Positions 30,044 through 39,965 of a stretch of DNA of 64,000 nucleotides are shown here, one piece after another. Source of the stretch: Chitinophagales bacterium (GTDB lineage: Bacteria > Bacteroidota > Bacteroidia > Chitinophagales > UBA8649); the NCBI GenBank assembly GCA_037624485.1, contig JASJJC010000023.1, forward strand, positions 64,216 through 128,215. Direction: 5' to 3'. Position 1 is the stretch's first letter, and every line of letters starts with the position of its first letter. The position numbers and the translations under genes are program-made. The notes beneath the pieces are model-generated. The model made no database searches. It was not told the DNA's origin and was given only the letters and a program-made list of their open reading frames with translations.

Positions 30044-31060
30044 TCAAATTAAATCTAGCAGGAGCTTTTCGACGATTGCCCCCATTGATAAGCAGCCGTT
30101 AAACTTCTCAGATTTTTCTTTTCGTGCAATTTCAGCTCTTAATGCATCAAGTTTCTTTGCAGTGCTTAATTGATGATTTTTCATACTACTTAACAGTTCT
30201 TTAAGTTTTTGTAAGTCGTTGTTTATTCGTCGGACCATCGAAAAACGTTCTTCTTTTTGGTATTGTGCCACAGATTCTTTGGTTAAATATTTAAGCCCTA
30301 AATCGACATAGGGTTTGTTTTCTTTAAAATAATGAGGCATATAAAAGCTTCGGCGACCCTCATAACTCTGTTGGTCAAAGTCTATAGCACGCATGCGATA
30401 TTGGATTTGATCAAAATCAGGAGTAACATCTATGATAAAATTATAGGCGCGCATGTCGCCTAATAGTCTTCGGTAACAACGCTCATTAAACTTAACAAAC
30501 TCTTTTGCCAAACGCACCTCGTTGTGCCCGGTTTCAATAAGATTATTTTGTAAAAATTGATCACCGGGAATACCTACGATATGCTCTTCAATTAAGGTGC
30601 TTTCATACACCAAGTAAACAACCTTGTTGGGTGAGAGAATTTCTTCAAGCTCTAAACCAAATATGCGCGAAGCATCTGCTTGCTTGACATAAAAATAATC
30701 ATAATTATCGTTGATGTTGTTGATGATTTTAACTCGAAATGGTTTTGAGTTCCCAAAGGTGCAATAATCAACCTTGTCTACAGCAAGGTGTTTCAAGCCC
30801 TTAATTTCCCCATCGGTTTTTAAGAGAGCATAAACAAGCTTGAGGCCTTCGTGAATTTCCTGAATCAGGCTTGGATCATAAACCACAGTTTCCCAGAGGG
30901 TGTCTTTTCCTAAATGATCATAAACACATACGCTTTGCGAGAACTTTAATAAATCCCCATACGCTAAAGGAAGCCGAATGGCTCGAGAATGGTTTTCTAA
31001 ATATTTGTATAAGGATGGTTTTATCAGATAAGTCGGCTTTTTTTGCAAGTTACCCGACAT
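30044..31060 (-). CDS. Hypothetical protein, possible atypical protein-kinase-like fold
   Basis: 338 aa. It has YFYVK, a GDMRAYN (D-x4-N) motif and IDFD motifs in kinase-like order and spacing. It is the last gene of a tightly coupled kmo-recJ-lptB-lipoprotein string. Confidence 0.5.
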   Translation of the reverse strand: MSGNLQKKPTYLIKPSLYKYLENHSRAIRLPLAYGDLLKFSQSVCVYDHLGKDTLWETVVYDPSLIQEIHEGLKLVYALLKTDGEIKGLKHLAVDKVDYCTFGNSKPFRVKIINNINDNYDYFYVKQADASRIFGLELEEILSPNKVVYLVYESTLIEEHIVGIPGDQFLQNNLIETGHNEVRLAKEFVKFNERCYRRLLGDMRAYNFIIDVTPDFDQIQYRMRAIDFDQQSYEGRRSFYMPHYFKENKPYVDLGLKYLTKESVAQYQKEERFSMVRRINNDLQKLKELLSSMKNHQLSTAKKLDALRAEIARKEKSEKFNGCLSMGAIVEKLLLDLI

Positions 31061-31061
31061 T

Positions 31062-31718
31062 TTACCATTTGATTTTTACGGATAGATCTTCGCTTCCATT
31101 ACTTAAATCTTCAAAACTAACCACAGCACTTAAAGATTTTCTATCTTCTGAGACCGCATATAACGGGTTGCTTACACTTTTTATAGGCTTAGGTAGGTTG
31201 ACAATCAAAGAGTATTCAAACATACCCAGCATAGCCGCCATTGAGGGGTCTCCTAAGCCTTCCGATAAGCTTCCCAAATCTTGCTGATCAAAACTTAAGC
31301 GGAGTGCTTTCTTTTTTGTTTTATAGTTCTTAGGTGCTTTCTTTTTCTTGCTTGGGCTGGCCTCGTCCTCCAAGTATTCTGCCATCGCTAAGTTGAGCGC
31401 TCTATTATCTTTAAAATCAAAAGAGAAACCCATTATTTTTTTTTCTACTTCATTAATTACTTTGGTATTACTAACACCAGAAATGCCAGTAAAAGTCTCC
31501 TTAAGCGTTCCCATAAATTCGCTCATATCCATTTCCTCATCAAAGCCAGCACTATCACCCATCAAATCACCCATTTGCTCTACTACACCACCATAACTAA
31601 TAATGACCGTATTGCTTCCTGACATATCGGTGCGGTAATCAATAGTCTGCTCAATAGTGCATGACGTGGATAAAAGTAATGCGAGAAAGGACACAAAAAA
31701 AAGATGCAATTTATTCAT
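31062..31718 (-). CDS. Hypothetical lipoprotein
   Basis: The preferred start is ATG 31718 ([20 protein letters not shown] lipobox). This overlaps the lptB stop by 8 nt. Confidence 0.6.
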   Translation of the reverse strand: MNKLHLFFVSFLALLLSTSCTIEQTIDYRTDMSGSNTVIISYGGVVEQMGDLMGDSAGFDEEMDMSEFMGTLKETFTGISGVSNTKVINEVEKKIMGFSFDFKDNRALNLAMAEYLEDEASPSKKKKAPKNYKTKKKALRLSFDQQDLGSLSEGLGDPSMAAMLGMFEYSLIVNLPKPIKSVSNPLYAVSEDRKSLSAVVSFEDLSNGSEDLSVKIKW

Positions 31719-32451
31719 GTAGTTTAGATTTTTTAAGTTCAAAATTTTCACCTAAATATACTCGCCTTACTTGTTCGTCTGCGGCTAACTCTTCAGCCGT
31801 TCCTGTTTTGATAATATTTCCTTCAAAAAGTAGATAAGCGCGGTCAGTAATTGATAATGTTTCTTGAACATTGTGGTCTGTGATTAAAACACCAATATTT
31901 TTCCTTTTTAATTTGACAATAATTTTTTGAATGTCTTCAACGGCAATAGGGTCAATTCCCGCAAACGGCTCATCCAACAATATAAATTTTGGAGACGTGG
32001 CTAGCCCTCTTGCAATTTCGGTTCGACGTCTTTCTCCACCACTCAAAACACTTCCTTTACTTTTTCTAACATGTTGCAGCCCAAACTCACCAAGCAACTC
32101 TTCTAAGCGCGCATGCTGTTCACTTTTACTTAGAGGAGTGAATTCAAGAATAGCACGAATATTATCTTCAACACTTAGGTCGCGAAAAACAGACGCTTCT
32201 TGAGGAAGGTAGCCAATACCCAGCTTAGCTCTTTTATACATAGGAAGCTTTGTAATGTTGCCTCCATCTAAGAATACGTTTCCATCATCTGGGTTAATCA
32301 GGCCGACCACCATGTAAAATGAGGTAGTTTTCCCCGCACCATTAGGCCCCAATAAACCAACTACTTCGCCTTGGTTTACTTCAAAAGATATACCTTTAAC
32401 GACGGTTCGACTTTTATAACTTTTTTCAATTTTTTCTGCCCGTAACTTCAT
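31711..32451 (-). CDS. lptB: LPS export ABC transporter ATP-binding protein
   Basis: 246 aa with Walker [10 protein letters not shown], signature LSGGERRR and the LptB-type C-terminal extension. Confidence 0.9.
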   Translation of the reverse strand: MKLRAEKIEKSYKSRTVVKGISFEVNQGEVVGLLGPNGAGKTTSFYMVVGLINPDDGNVFLDGGNITKLPMYKRAKLGIGYLPQEASVFRDLSVEDNIRAILEFTPLSKSEQHARLEELLGEFGLQHVRKSKGSVLSGGERRRTEIARGLATSPKFILLDEPFAGIDPIAVEDIQKIIVKLKRKNIGVLITDHNVQETLSITDRAYLLFEGNIIKTGTAEELAADEQVRRVYLGENFELKKSKLHE

Positions 32452-34133
32452 TTTTCAATTTGACTTCTGCGGATGTCTTTTACATTAATTTCAAGGGTTT
32501 TTCGTCCATTCCAATGATTTTCATCCAAAACATAAGACACATCAATTTTACCCTCTTTCAACAAAGATAATTTATCTGCCATTCTAAACGCAATTCCGTT
32601 TATTCTATTTCCTTGATCATCTTTTAATTGCAATTTCAAGTGGTCTGCCCCGACAATACGACTATATCCAGTGTCAGATAGGGACTGGCTTTCAAAAATG
32701 GGACGCATGTTTCCTGGTCCAAAAGGAGAAAATTGTTGCAGAATCTTATAAAATGATGGGGTGATATTGTCGAGGCTCAATAATATATCAATGGATATTT
32801 TAGGGATAAGGTCTTCAGGATTAATACGATGTGCAACTTCTGCATTAAATCGGCGCTTAAACTCTTCAAGGTTTTCTGGAGGAAGCGTAAGCCCTGCAGC
32901 ATAAGCATGTCCACCAAAACTTATCATTAAATCTGAGCACGCTTCCAAGGGCTCATAAACATTAAACCCCTTTACTGAACGCGCAGATCCAGTTAAATTT
33001 CCATTGCTTTCACACAGCACCACGGTGGGTTTGTAATGGTGTTCTATTATTCGAGAAGCAACAATTCCCACAACGCCTTTATGCCAGGAGGGGTTGAACA
33101 AAACATTAGTGACTAAGTTGATATTTTCAATACTATCTAAATAAAGAAGGGCGTTTTCGGTAATGCTTTTATCCAATTGCTGACGCTCTTCGTTGTTGGA
33201 TTGTAAAACAGCCCCCTCTTCTTCCCCAATCAACACCTGAACGGCGGCTTTTGCATGAGCTATCCTTCCTGCCGCATTAATTCGTGGCCCAATCTTAAAA
33301 ACAACATCGCTGATAGTGAAGTTATTTCCAAGATCTATCAATGTAACTAGTTTACCGACACCAATAGAGGGCTTTTCGTTTAGTTGCTCTAAACCAAACT
33401 TGGCTAATACACGGTTTTCTCCAGTAATAGGAACAATATCACAAGCAATACTAATACAAACCAAATCTAGGAATTGATAGAGTTTTTCTTTTTTAATAAA
33501 GTTTTTTTCTGCGTATGCTTGACACAGCTTAAAACCAATACCACAACCCGATAATTCTTTGTAAGGATAAGCGCATTCTTGTTGTTTGGGATTTAATATA
33601 GCATATGCTTTTGGCAATTCAGTACCCGGGGTGTGGTGGTCACAAATGATAAAATCAATTTCTCGCTCATTGGCGTAGTCAACTTTGTCTAGTGCTTTGA
33701 TACCGCAATCTAAGGCAACAATTAAGGTGCACTGATTTAACGCTGCATAATCGATACCTTCTAAGGAAATGCCATACCCTTCTTTACTTCTATCGGGAAT
33801 ATAATAGTCTAATTTCGCATAAAATTGTTTAAAAAACAGATAGCACAAAGAGACAGAAGTGGTGCCGTCGACATCGTAGTCACCATAAATAAGAATTTTT
33901 TCTCCATTTTTCATGGCCCTTTCAATACGCGTTACAGCTTTGTCCATGTTAGCCATAAGAAACGGTGAGTGCAACTCGTCAAGGCTTGGCCGAAAAAAAC
34001 ACTTCGCTGCTTCGTAACTTTCAATATTTCGTTTTACGAGAAGCTCACACAGCACAGAATTAATCTTTAACTCATCATGCAAAGCGTCAACCATACCCTG
34101 GTCAGCATCCTGGTATGTCCACTGGTAATCCAT
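32448..34133 (-). CDS. recJ: Single-stranded-DNA-specific exonuclease RecJ
   Basis: 561 aa with DHH motifs ([18 protein letters not shown]) and a DHHA1 region (GGHAYAAG). Confidence 0.92.
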   Translation of the reverse strand: MDYQWTYQDADQGMVDALHDELKINSVLCELLVKRNIESYEAAKCFFRPSLDELHSPFLMANMDKAVTRIERAMKNGEKILIYGDYDVDGTTSVSLCYLFFKQFYAKLDYYIPDRSKEGYGISLEGIDYAALNQCTLIVALDCGIKALDKVDYANEREIDFIICDHHTPGTELPKAYAILNPKQQECAYPYKELSGCGIGFKLCQAYAEKNFIKKEKLYQFLDLVCISIACDIVPITGENRVLAKFGLEQLNEKPSIGVGKLVTLIDLGNNFTISDVVFKIGPRINAAGRIAHAKAAVQVLIGEEEGAVLQSNNEERQQLDKSITENALLYLDSIENINLVTNVLFNPSWHKGVVGIVASRIIEHHYKPTVVLCESNGNLTGSARSVKGFNVYEPLEACSDLMISFGGHAYAAGLTLPPENLEEFKRRFNAEVAHRINPEDLIPKISIDILLSLDNITPSFYKILQQFSPFGPGNMRPIFESQSLSDTGYSRIVGADHLKLQLKDDQGNRINGIAFRMADKLSLLKEGKIDVSYVLDENHWNGRKTLEINVKDIRRSQIEK

Positions 34134-35492
34134 TTAATGTGTTTGGCTTAACCAGTCGTCTACTTTGTCAATAAACACTGGATTTGTCCAAGAGGAAGGT
34201 TCGGGGAATTCATCAATTAGGTGTTCAGCAAAAGCCGTTTGGGTGTCCCCTTTAGATAAGGCCGTGCTGTATGGAATGTTTGAGAAAGTAACCATTTGAT
34301 ATTGGGATAAATATCTTCCTGGAAAGGTATTCATAAGGTGTAATTCTAACTTTTTACGCAGCAGAAATTTATCGTCTGCTGTTGCGTCACGCATTTCAAT
34401 AAAATTTCTCAATGCAAGCTCCGCAATAGCAGCACCATCCTTGGCGTGATCTCGAGTATATTCTTCTAGCACCGAGCTCCAATCGTCTAAAACGTGTCGG
34501 TCAATTATCTCATCTAAAACAAAGCAGTCTTCAAAAGCAGCATTCATGCCTTGACCATAAAAAGGCACAATGGCATGAGCGGAATCGCCCATTAGACATA
34601 CATTTTTATAATGCCATGGGCTACAGCGAACAGTAACCAAAGAAGAAGAAGGGTTTTCATGAAACTCCTTAATTAAATCTGGCATATGCTTGATCGCGGA
34701 TGGAAAATTCTTTGTAAAAAACGAAGTGATTTTGTCTTCGGTATTTAAATCATCAAACCCATCTACACCTTTAAACTTAAGAAACAATGTGACAGTAAAA
34801 CTTCCGTCTAAATTTGGTAGCGCAATTAGCATAAAGCTTTTTCTTGGCCATATATGTAGGGCGTTTTTATCTAAACGATGTTTGCTGTTTTCGTCGGCAG
34901 GAATGGTCAACTCTTTATACCCATGTTCTAAATATTGTTGGGAATAATTGAACATGTTGATTTTTTGAAGGGTAGAACGCACCGCAGAGAAAGCGCCATC
35001 GGCACCAAAAAGCAAATCTGGAGAGACGGTGCTTTCGCTGCCGGTTTTTTCGTTTTGAAAATGAATAATGTTCTTTTTTAAATCTAAATCGGTCGTTCTT
35101 TCATGAAAAGTAAAGGTGACATTTTTACTTTCGTCAGCCTTATTCATCAGGGCAATATTTAAATCTCTACGAGAAATAGAATATATTGCTTGACCCTCTT
35201 TACCGTAGGCTTGAAAATTTGTAGCACCATCTTCTTGATGAATCATTCTCCCTTTCATAGGAATAGCAATCTTCTCGAGAGCTTCTTTCATACCTATTTT
35301 TGCTAGTGCATTCCAGCCACGTGTACTTAAAGCGAGATTTATGGATCGGCCAGCATCCACTTCTTGCCCTCTCATGTCCCCACGTCTTTCAAATACACGC
35401 ACATGATGCCCACGTTTTGCCATATAACACGCCCACATAGCACCAACCAATCCAGCTCCTGCAATAACTATATTTTTTTTATCCTCTATCAT
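34134..35492 (-). CDS. kmo: Kynurenine 3-monooxygenase (FAD-dependent)
   Basis: 452 aa with an FAD fingerprint (IAGAGLVG) and GDSAHAIVPFYGQGMNAAFED, typical of KMO. Its stop abuts the recJ start with 0-nt spacing. Confidence 0.8.
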   Translation of the reverse strand: MIEDKKNIVIAGAGLVGAMWACYMAKRGHHVRVFERRGDMRGQEVDAGRSINLALSTRGWNALAKIGMKEALEKIAIPMKGRMIHQEDGATNFQAYGKEGQAIYSISRRDLNIALMNKADESKNVTFTFHERTTDLDLKKNIIHFQNEKTGSESTVSPDLLFGADGAFSAVRSTLQKINMFNYSQQYLEHGYKELTIPADENSKHRLDKNALHIWPRKSFMLIALPNLDGSFTVTLFLKFKGVDGFDDLNTEDKITSFFTKNFPSAIKHMPDLIKEFHENPSSSLVTVRCSPWHYKNVCLMGDSAHAIVPFYGQGMNAAFEDCFVLDEIIDRHVLDDWSSVLEEYTRDHAKDGAAIAELALRNFIEMRDATADDKFLLRKKLELHLMNTFPGRYLSQYQMVTFSNIPYSTALSKGDTQTAFAEHLIDEFPEPSSWTNPVFIDKVDDWLSQTH

Positions 35493-35534
35493 TTATTTAA
35501 AATTGAAATTCACAGCAATATATGTATAAAAGGC

Positions 35535-36983
35535 TTACAGTTTGACCTTATTTATTTCTTGTAATAACCAAGTTTTGTTCGCTAATGTTTTTTCTGTTTT
35601 AACCAATGCGGTCAAATCCGCGATTTTTTTCCTCAACCAATCCTTTTCTTTATAATCAACCTGCCTCTTTATAATCAACAATTTCTTAAAAAATCTTAGA
35701 AAGGTTTCACTGCTTCTTTTAAAATTTACAGCAATCTCTTTGTTCCGTTTTAAGTACAGTTGAAATGAGGAAACAAAGTAGTCTAAGGTTTCTAATTCAT
35801 TCATTGCATAGTAGGCTTTTAGTAGTGTGTATTTGGCCGCACAAGCGTAGTAAACATCGGTAAAATCTACTTGATTAAGCAGGTAGACGGTGTCCGGGTA
35901 ATCGCCCTTTGCATAAAGAAGGTTTGACCGGCTTAAGTTGTAGGCGTTTTCTTGATGCAATTCTGTTATTGAAAACCTATAATCTTCAATGAATTTTTCA
36001 ACCCACACATATTCATCAAGCTTAATGCCGATAGCCACAATGTTTCGAAAGCTAATATGCGATAACATTCCATTTTCTAGTAAGATTTTATTTAGTAACA
36101 GCAGTTTTTGCATATCAAATAGAATTGGAGTAAAGGCCGCTTTACCGCTATTTACTTGCTGAATACAATAATTTGAAAGGTAGGCATACATAGACCTTAG
36201 CTCCCTATCGGTAAAAGATTTTTGATAACTGTTTAAGGTGTTAAGGGTTTGGGTAAACTGTTGAGTGTCGTTATCGGATTTTAGTAAGTTGAATATTTCA
36301 TAATAGCTATGAATGGCAGGCGTATCAAGATAAATCTTTTTATGCTTGGTGATGATGTCAACCATATCTGATTCTAATGGTTTTTCGTGTTTCGTGTTTA
36401 ATATTTTTTCTCTATTTATTAGTTCACATAAGGTGCGAAGCTTGGCGCTAAAATAGTAGGCATCAAAACTTTTGTTTTTTAATCCAATGGATTCGTCATG
36501 AGTGATGTTTTGCTGTTGCTCAAAAAAATTGTTTTTTTCATCAGCTAAAAGATAAGAACGCCTATAGGTCTCAATATTTAAGTAAGGATCACTATCAACA
36601 GACAATTGAACGACTTTTTCCTGTTGTTGGAAGAGGTTGCTAATATTACGCTTTCTATACTGTTTAAGTAAGGCTAAATGCTTATTAAAATCTTTTTCTT
36701 GTAGTTCTTGCAGGATTAGGTATGATTCAGTTAACTTTAGTAATGCAGACATTTGTTCTCTAACTTTTACGTCTTTGAAATCGCTTGAACCAAAAAGCTC
36801 TTTAAAAACTGCCTGCTTACCTAAATTATTTTTTAATAGATTAGGTAAGGCACTTTTGTATATTTGAAAGAGCCTGAAGGCATACGAAGAAGTATCGGTT
36901 TGATACAATAAGTATTTTTCAAAGTCTTTTAGTTCTTTGTCGCTTAAACTGGCAATAATCTGGGTGAGCTTACTGTTGTGCAT
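35535..36983 (-). CDS. Hypothetical all-helical (TPR-like) protein
   Basis: 482 aa with no signal peptide and no recognised motif. Composition is helical-repeat-like. Confidence 0.5.
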   Translation of the reverse strand: MHNSKLTQIIASLSDKELKDFEKYLLYQTDTSSYAFRLFQIYKSALPNLLKNNLGKQAVFKELFGSSDFKDVKVREQMSALLKLTESYLILQELQEKDFNKHLALLKQYRKRNISNLFQQQEKVVQLSVDSDPYLNIETYRRSYLLADEKNNFFEQQQNITHDESIGLKNKSFDAYYFSAKLRTLCELINREKILNTKHEKPLESDMVDIITKHKKIYLDTPAIHSYYEIFNLLKSDNDTQQFTQTLNTLNSYQKSFTDRELRSMYAYLSNYCIQQVNSGKAAFTPILFDMQKLLLLNKILLENGMLSHISFRNIVAIGIKLDEYVWVEKFIEDYRFSITELHQENAYNLSRSNLLYAKGDYPDTVYLLNQVDFTDVYYACAAKYTLLKAYYAMNELETLDYFVSSFQLYLKRNKEIAVNFKRSSETFLRFFKKLLIIKRQVDYKEKDWLRKKIADLTALVKTEKTLANKTWLLQEINKVKL

Positions 36984-37048
36984 TTACAAAATATTAGCTT
37001 TTTTATGCTTAAAACATTAAAAATCAACAAACTATATTTTCATGTAGC

Positions 37049-37065
37049 TTGTGAAAGTGTCACAA
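37049..37065. promoter_or_regulatory. Perfect palindrome TTGTGA-N5-TCACAA (Crp/Fnr-like half sites)
   Basis: 6-nt arms with a 5-nt spacer in the divergent intergenic region between 35535-36983 (-) and 37132-39066 (+). Confidence 0.35.
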
Positions 37066-37131
37066 TTTACAAAATTTGAATTAATTAATGCCGGTTTTTA
37101 TTTTTATGTTTACCATGTAAAAATTTGATTT

Positions 37132-39066
37132 ATGAAGAAATTGTGGATACTTGTTTTAGGTTTAGTGGGTTGGGCTCAGGCTCAAACGGACGGACACATA
37201 CACCACTTGTTTGGTTTAAAACAAGAAACACAGGGTATATTAACACAGGCCGCACTAAATCAACAAAACGGAGGGAGTGTAGAAATTGAAACCTTTACAT
37301 CCAACTTTAGTTTAGGTGGATCTTATAGTTATTTTAATGTCAACAATAAAGTCTTATATGCCGATACAAGCTTTCAAACGTTGAGTTATCTTAATGAATA
37401 TTTGTTGCCGTCAGTTTATGTGTCCAATTATAGCGGCACATCCAATTTTTTTACTTATCAAACAGGAATTTCGTCTTTGTGTGTTGACCCATTAGAGGAC
37501 TCTTTGTACTATACCTTTGATTACGCTACCAAACTATTAAGCATATTAGCGCCATTTAGCGGAACAGCGTTGTCTAGCCCTCAACTTTTAGCGGTTTCTG
37601 ATATAGGGAACTTAAGTCAAGTCTATTTTCAAAACAGCATATACTTAGCCTCAAGTAACAATCTTGGCGAAGCGGTGCTATACGTACTTAGCGCTACAAG
37701 CCTAGGCATTTTAGAATCAATAGCCTTACCTTTTCAATACACTTACTTAGTTGCCGATCCGCAATGGGGTGTTTATGCTGTAGCTAAGAACGATGTTCAA
37801 CAACACTTTTTATTACACCTAAATACAGGGGCGAATCAATTTGACACAATTGCAGCTCTTCCATCTTGCCCGACATGTACCTATGATAAAAATGCACTGG
37901 TTATTGATTCGGATAACGGCCACCTTATAATGGCAAGATCAGAAGACAGCATGGCTGGATCACCGCAATATTTTTTATCTACTCATGATCTAGTGGGTGG
38001 TAGTGAAATATATAATGTTCAAACGATAGACAGGTGGAGTAATTTAATATTCCAAAAACCGAAAGCGGATCTAGTTTACCCTGGAGATGCTGATCACAAC
38101 AAATTGGTCAATATGACTGACTTGCTTCCTATAGGCTTAAAGTACAACGACCCAGTTAGCGATAGATTAGTAATTTCGACAGCATGGATTGGGCAAGAAG
38201 CCACAAACAGCCAAGACACATTAGCGAATGGAGTGGATAAAAAACACGCAGATTGTAACGGGGATGGACAGATAAATTCTATCGATGTCGATGCAATTTT
38301 TGAAAACTATTCCTCTGTTCATTATAGCGAGAAGAGTACGAATGCAAATTGTGATTTTCCGGTCTATGTTCAATTTCCATCCTTCGTTAAAGAAAACGAA
38401 CCGATTGAGATTCAAATAGGATTGGATTTAAACACCAATATTAACCAGGCAATTTATGGATTAATATTTACCATAGATTATGATGAAAGTTTCGTTGCTT
38501 CAGGAGGGATGTCCACCCAAGGGGGGTCGACATGGTTTGGGACGGAAAATGGGGATTACATCCAACGTTTCTATAAAGAAGAGCAAGGAAGGTTAGCTGT
38601 TGGAGTTGTCGGTATTGATCAAGAAAACAGAAATGGAGGGGGCGGAGTTTTACTCGACGGAATATGGACAATGGAGGATGTGGTCATACCTATTGCGCAA
38701 GGCTATAGCAACATGGATTTCAGAATAAGCAATGTCACCTTAATTGATGCGAATGGAAATTATTTAGACGGATGCGGGGTGGATACAAGCATCCGGGTTT
38801 ACGACAAAAGTGTAGGCATTCAAGAACGAACAATAGAAGCACTTTATCTTTTTCCAAACCCCACGAAACTAAGTCACATTAATCTTGAAAATGTAAAAGA
38901 CCTTGACCAAGTAGAAATGTACGACATGCAAGGGCGATTGATTCAAATCTGGCATACCAATTTCAACCACCTTCCCTTGAATAATTTACCTAAAGGCATC
39001 TATGTATTAAAGGCTTACACGCCGGAGAAAATGTATGTGAACAAATTGGTTTACGCAAAGGAATAA
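37132..39066 (+). CDS. T9SS-secreted protein with dockerin-like calcium loops and cohesin-like domain
   Basis: 644 aa with a signal peptide. It has DADHNKLVNMTD and DCNGDGQINSID loops, then a cohesin-like segment (IYGLIFTIDYDESF). The T9SS CTD is LFPNPTK...KGIYVLKAY. Confidence 0.7.
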   Translation: MKKLWILVLGLVGWAQAQTDGHIHHLFGLKQETQGILTQAALNQQNGGSVEIETFTSNFSLGGSYSYFNVNNKVLYADTSFQTLSYLNEYLLPSVYVSNYSGTSNFFTYQTGISSLCVDPLEDSLYYTFDYATKLLSILAPFSGTALSSPQLLAVSDIGNLSQVYFQNSIYLASSNNLGEAVLYVLSATSLGILESIALPFQYTYLVADPQWGVYAVAKNDVQQHFLLHLNTGANQFDTIAALPSCPTCTYDKNALVIDSDNGHLIMARSEDSMAGSPQYFLSTHDLVGGSEIYNVQTIDRWSNLIFQKPKADLVYPGDADHNKLVNMTDLLPIGLKYNDPVSDRLVISTAWIGQEATNSQDTLANGVDKKHADCNGDGQINSIDVDAIFENYSSVHYSEKSTNANCDFPVYVQFPSFVKENEPIEIQIGLDLNTNINQAIYGLIFTIDYDESFVASGGMSTQGGSTWFGTENGDYIQRFYKEEQGRLAVGVVGIDQENRNGGGGVLLDGIWTMEDVVIPIAQGYSNMDFRISNVTLIDANGNYLDGCGVDTSIRVYDKSVGIQERTIEALYLFPNPTKLSHINLENVKDLDQVEMYDMQGRLIQIWHTNFNHLPLNNLPKGIYVLKAYTPEKMYVNKLVYAKE

Positions 39067-39167
39067 TTCAGCTCGGCTCTTAAAAAAAGTTTTCTCCCTT
39101 TAGCTATATGCTTGTTTCAATGAGTATCTGCTTTTGATATGCGCAAGTTCCAAGCTACATTTATAGT

Positions 39168-39863
39168 GTGCAAACTGATTTAAGAAACCCAATTACTTCG
39201 TGGCAGGAAGAGGAGCGACCAAGAGAAAAGTTAATGCTAAAAGGAAAAGCTTCACTATCTAACAAAGAGCTCTTAGCTATCCTTATTGGAAGCGGCACTC
39301 CACAGACAAGTGCAGTGGATTTATGTGAGCAAATTTTGCACTACGTGCATCACGACTTGGTGCAACTGGGAAAACTAAACCTTAATGACCTTATGCGCTT
39401 CAAGGGCATAGGAGAAGCCAAAGCAATCAGTGTAGTCGCCTCCATGGAACTAGGAAGGAGAAGGCAAGCTGAATATCATCCAAAAGCAAATATTATTAAG
39501 TCGAGTAAGGATATTTATTGCTTGTTGCTAAGCGATATGAGCGACTTAATCACTGAGGAATTTTGGGTGATTTTTCTAAATCATCGAAATAAAATAATAG
39601 GCAAAGAGCGGATAAGTTCGGGCGGATTGACGGCAACAGTCGTAGATGTGCGCATTTTATTCAAACAAGCCATTGAGCGCTTAGCTACATCCATCATTAT
39701 CGCACACAATCATCCATCAGGAACCCTTAAACCATCGCGGGCCGACATCCAACTTACCCAAAAGATTAAGAATGCGAGCAAACTATTAGATATTCAATTG
39801 CTAGATCACCTTATTGTGGCTGATTCGGGTTACTATAGTTTTGCAGATGAGGGTTGTCTTTAA
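39168..39863 (+). CDS. radC: RadC-family JAB-domain protein
   Basis: 231 aa with a helix-hairpin-helix region (FKGIGEAKA) and the JAMM motif HNHPSG. The start codon is GTG. Confidence 0.88.
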   Translation: MQTDLRNPITSWQEEERPREKLMLKGKASLSNKELLAILIGSGTPQTSAVDLCEQILHYVHHDLVQLGKLNLNDLMRFKGIGEAKAISVVASMELGRRRQAEYHPKANIIKSSKDIYCLLLSDMSDLITEEFWVIFLNHRNKIIGKERISSGGLTATVVDVRILFKQAIERLATSIIIAHNHPSGTLKPSRADIQLTQKIKNASKLLDIQLLDHLIVADSGYYSFADEGCL

Positions 39864-39937
39864 ACAATTTACCAGGTATTTTACGTTATGTATCTGTGGG
39901 TTTATAACTCCTTAATCCTACACTATTTATTTCATAC

Positions 39938-39945
39938 TATATTTG
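39938..39945 (+). promoter_or_regulatory. Bacteroidota -7 box (TATATTTG)
   Basis: Matches TAnnTTTG and ends 20 nt upstream of the ATG at 39966. Confidence 0.45.
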
Positions 39946-39965
39946 CATAACCAAACGAACGATAT

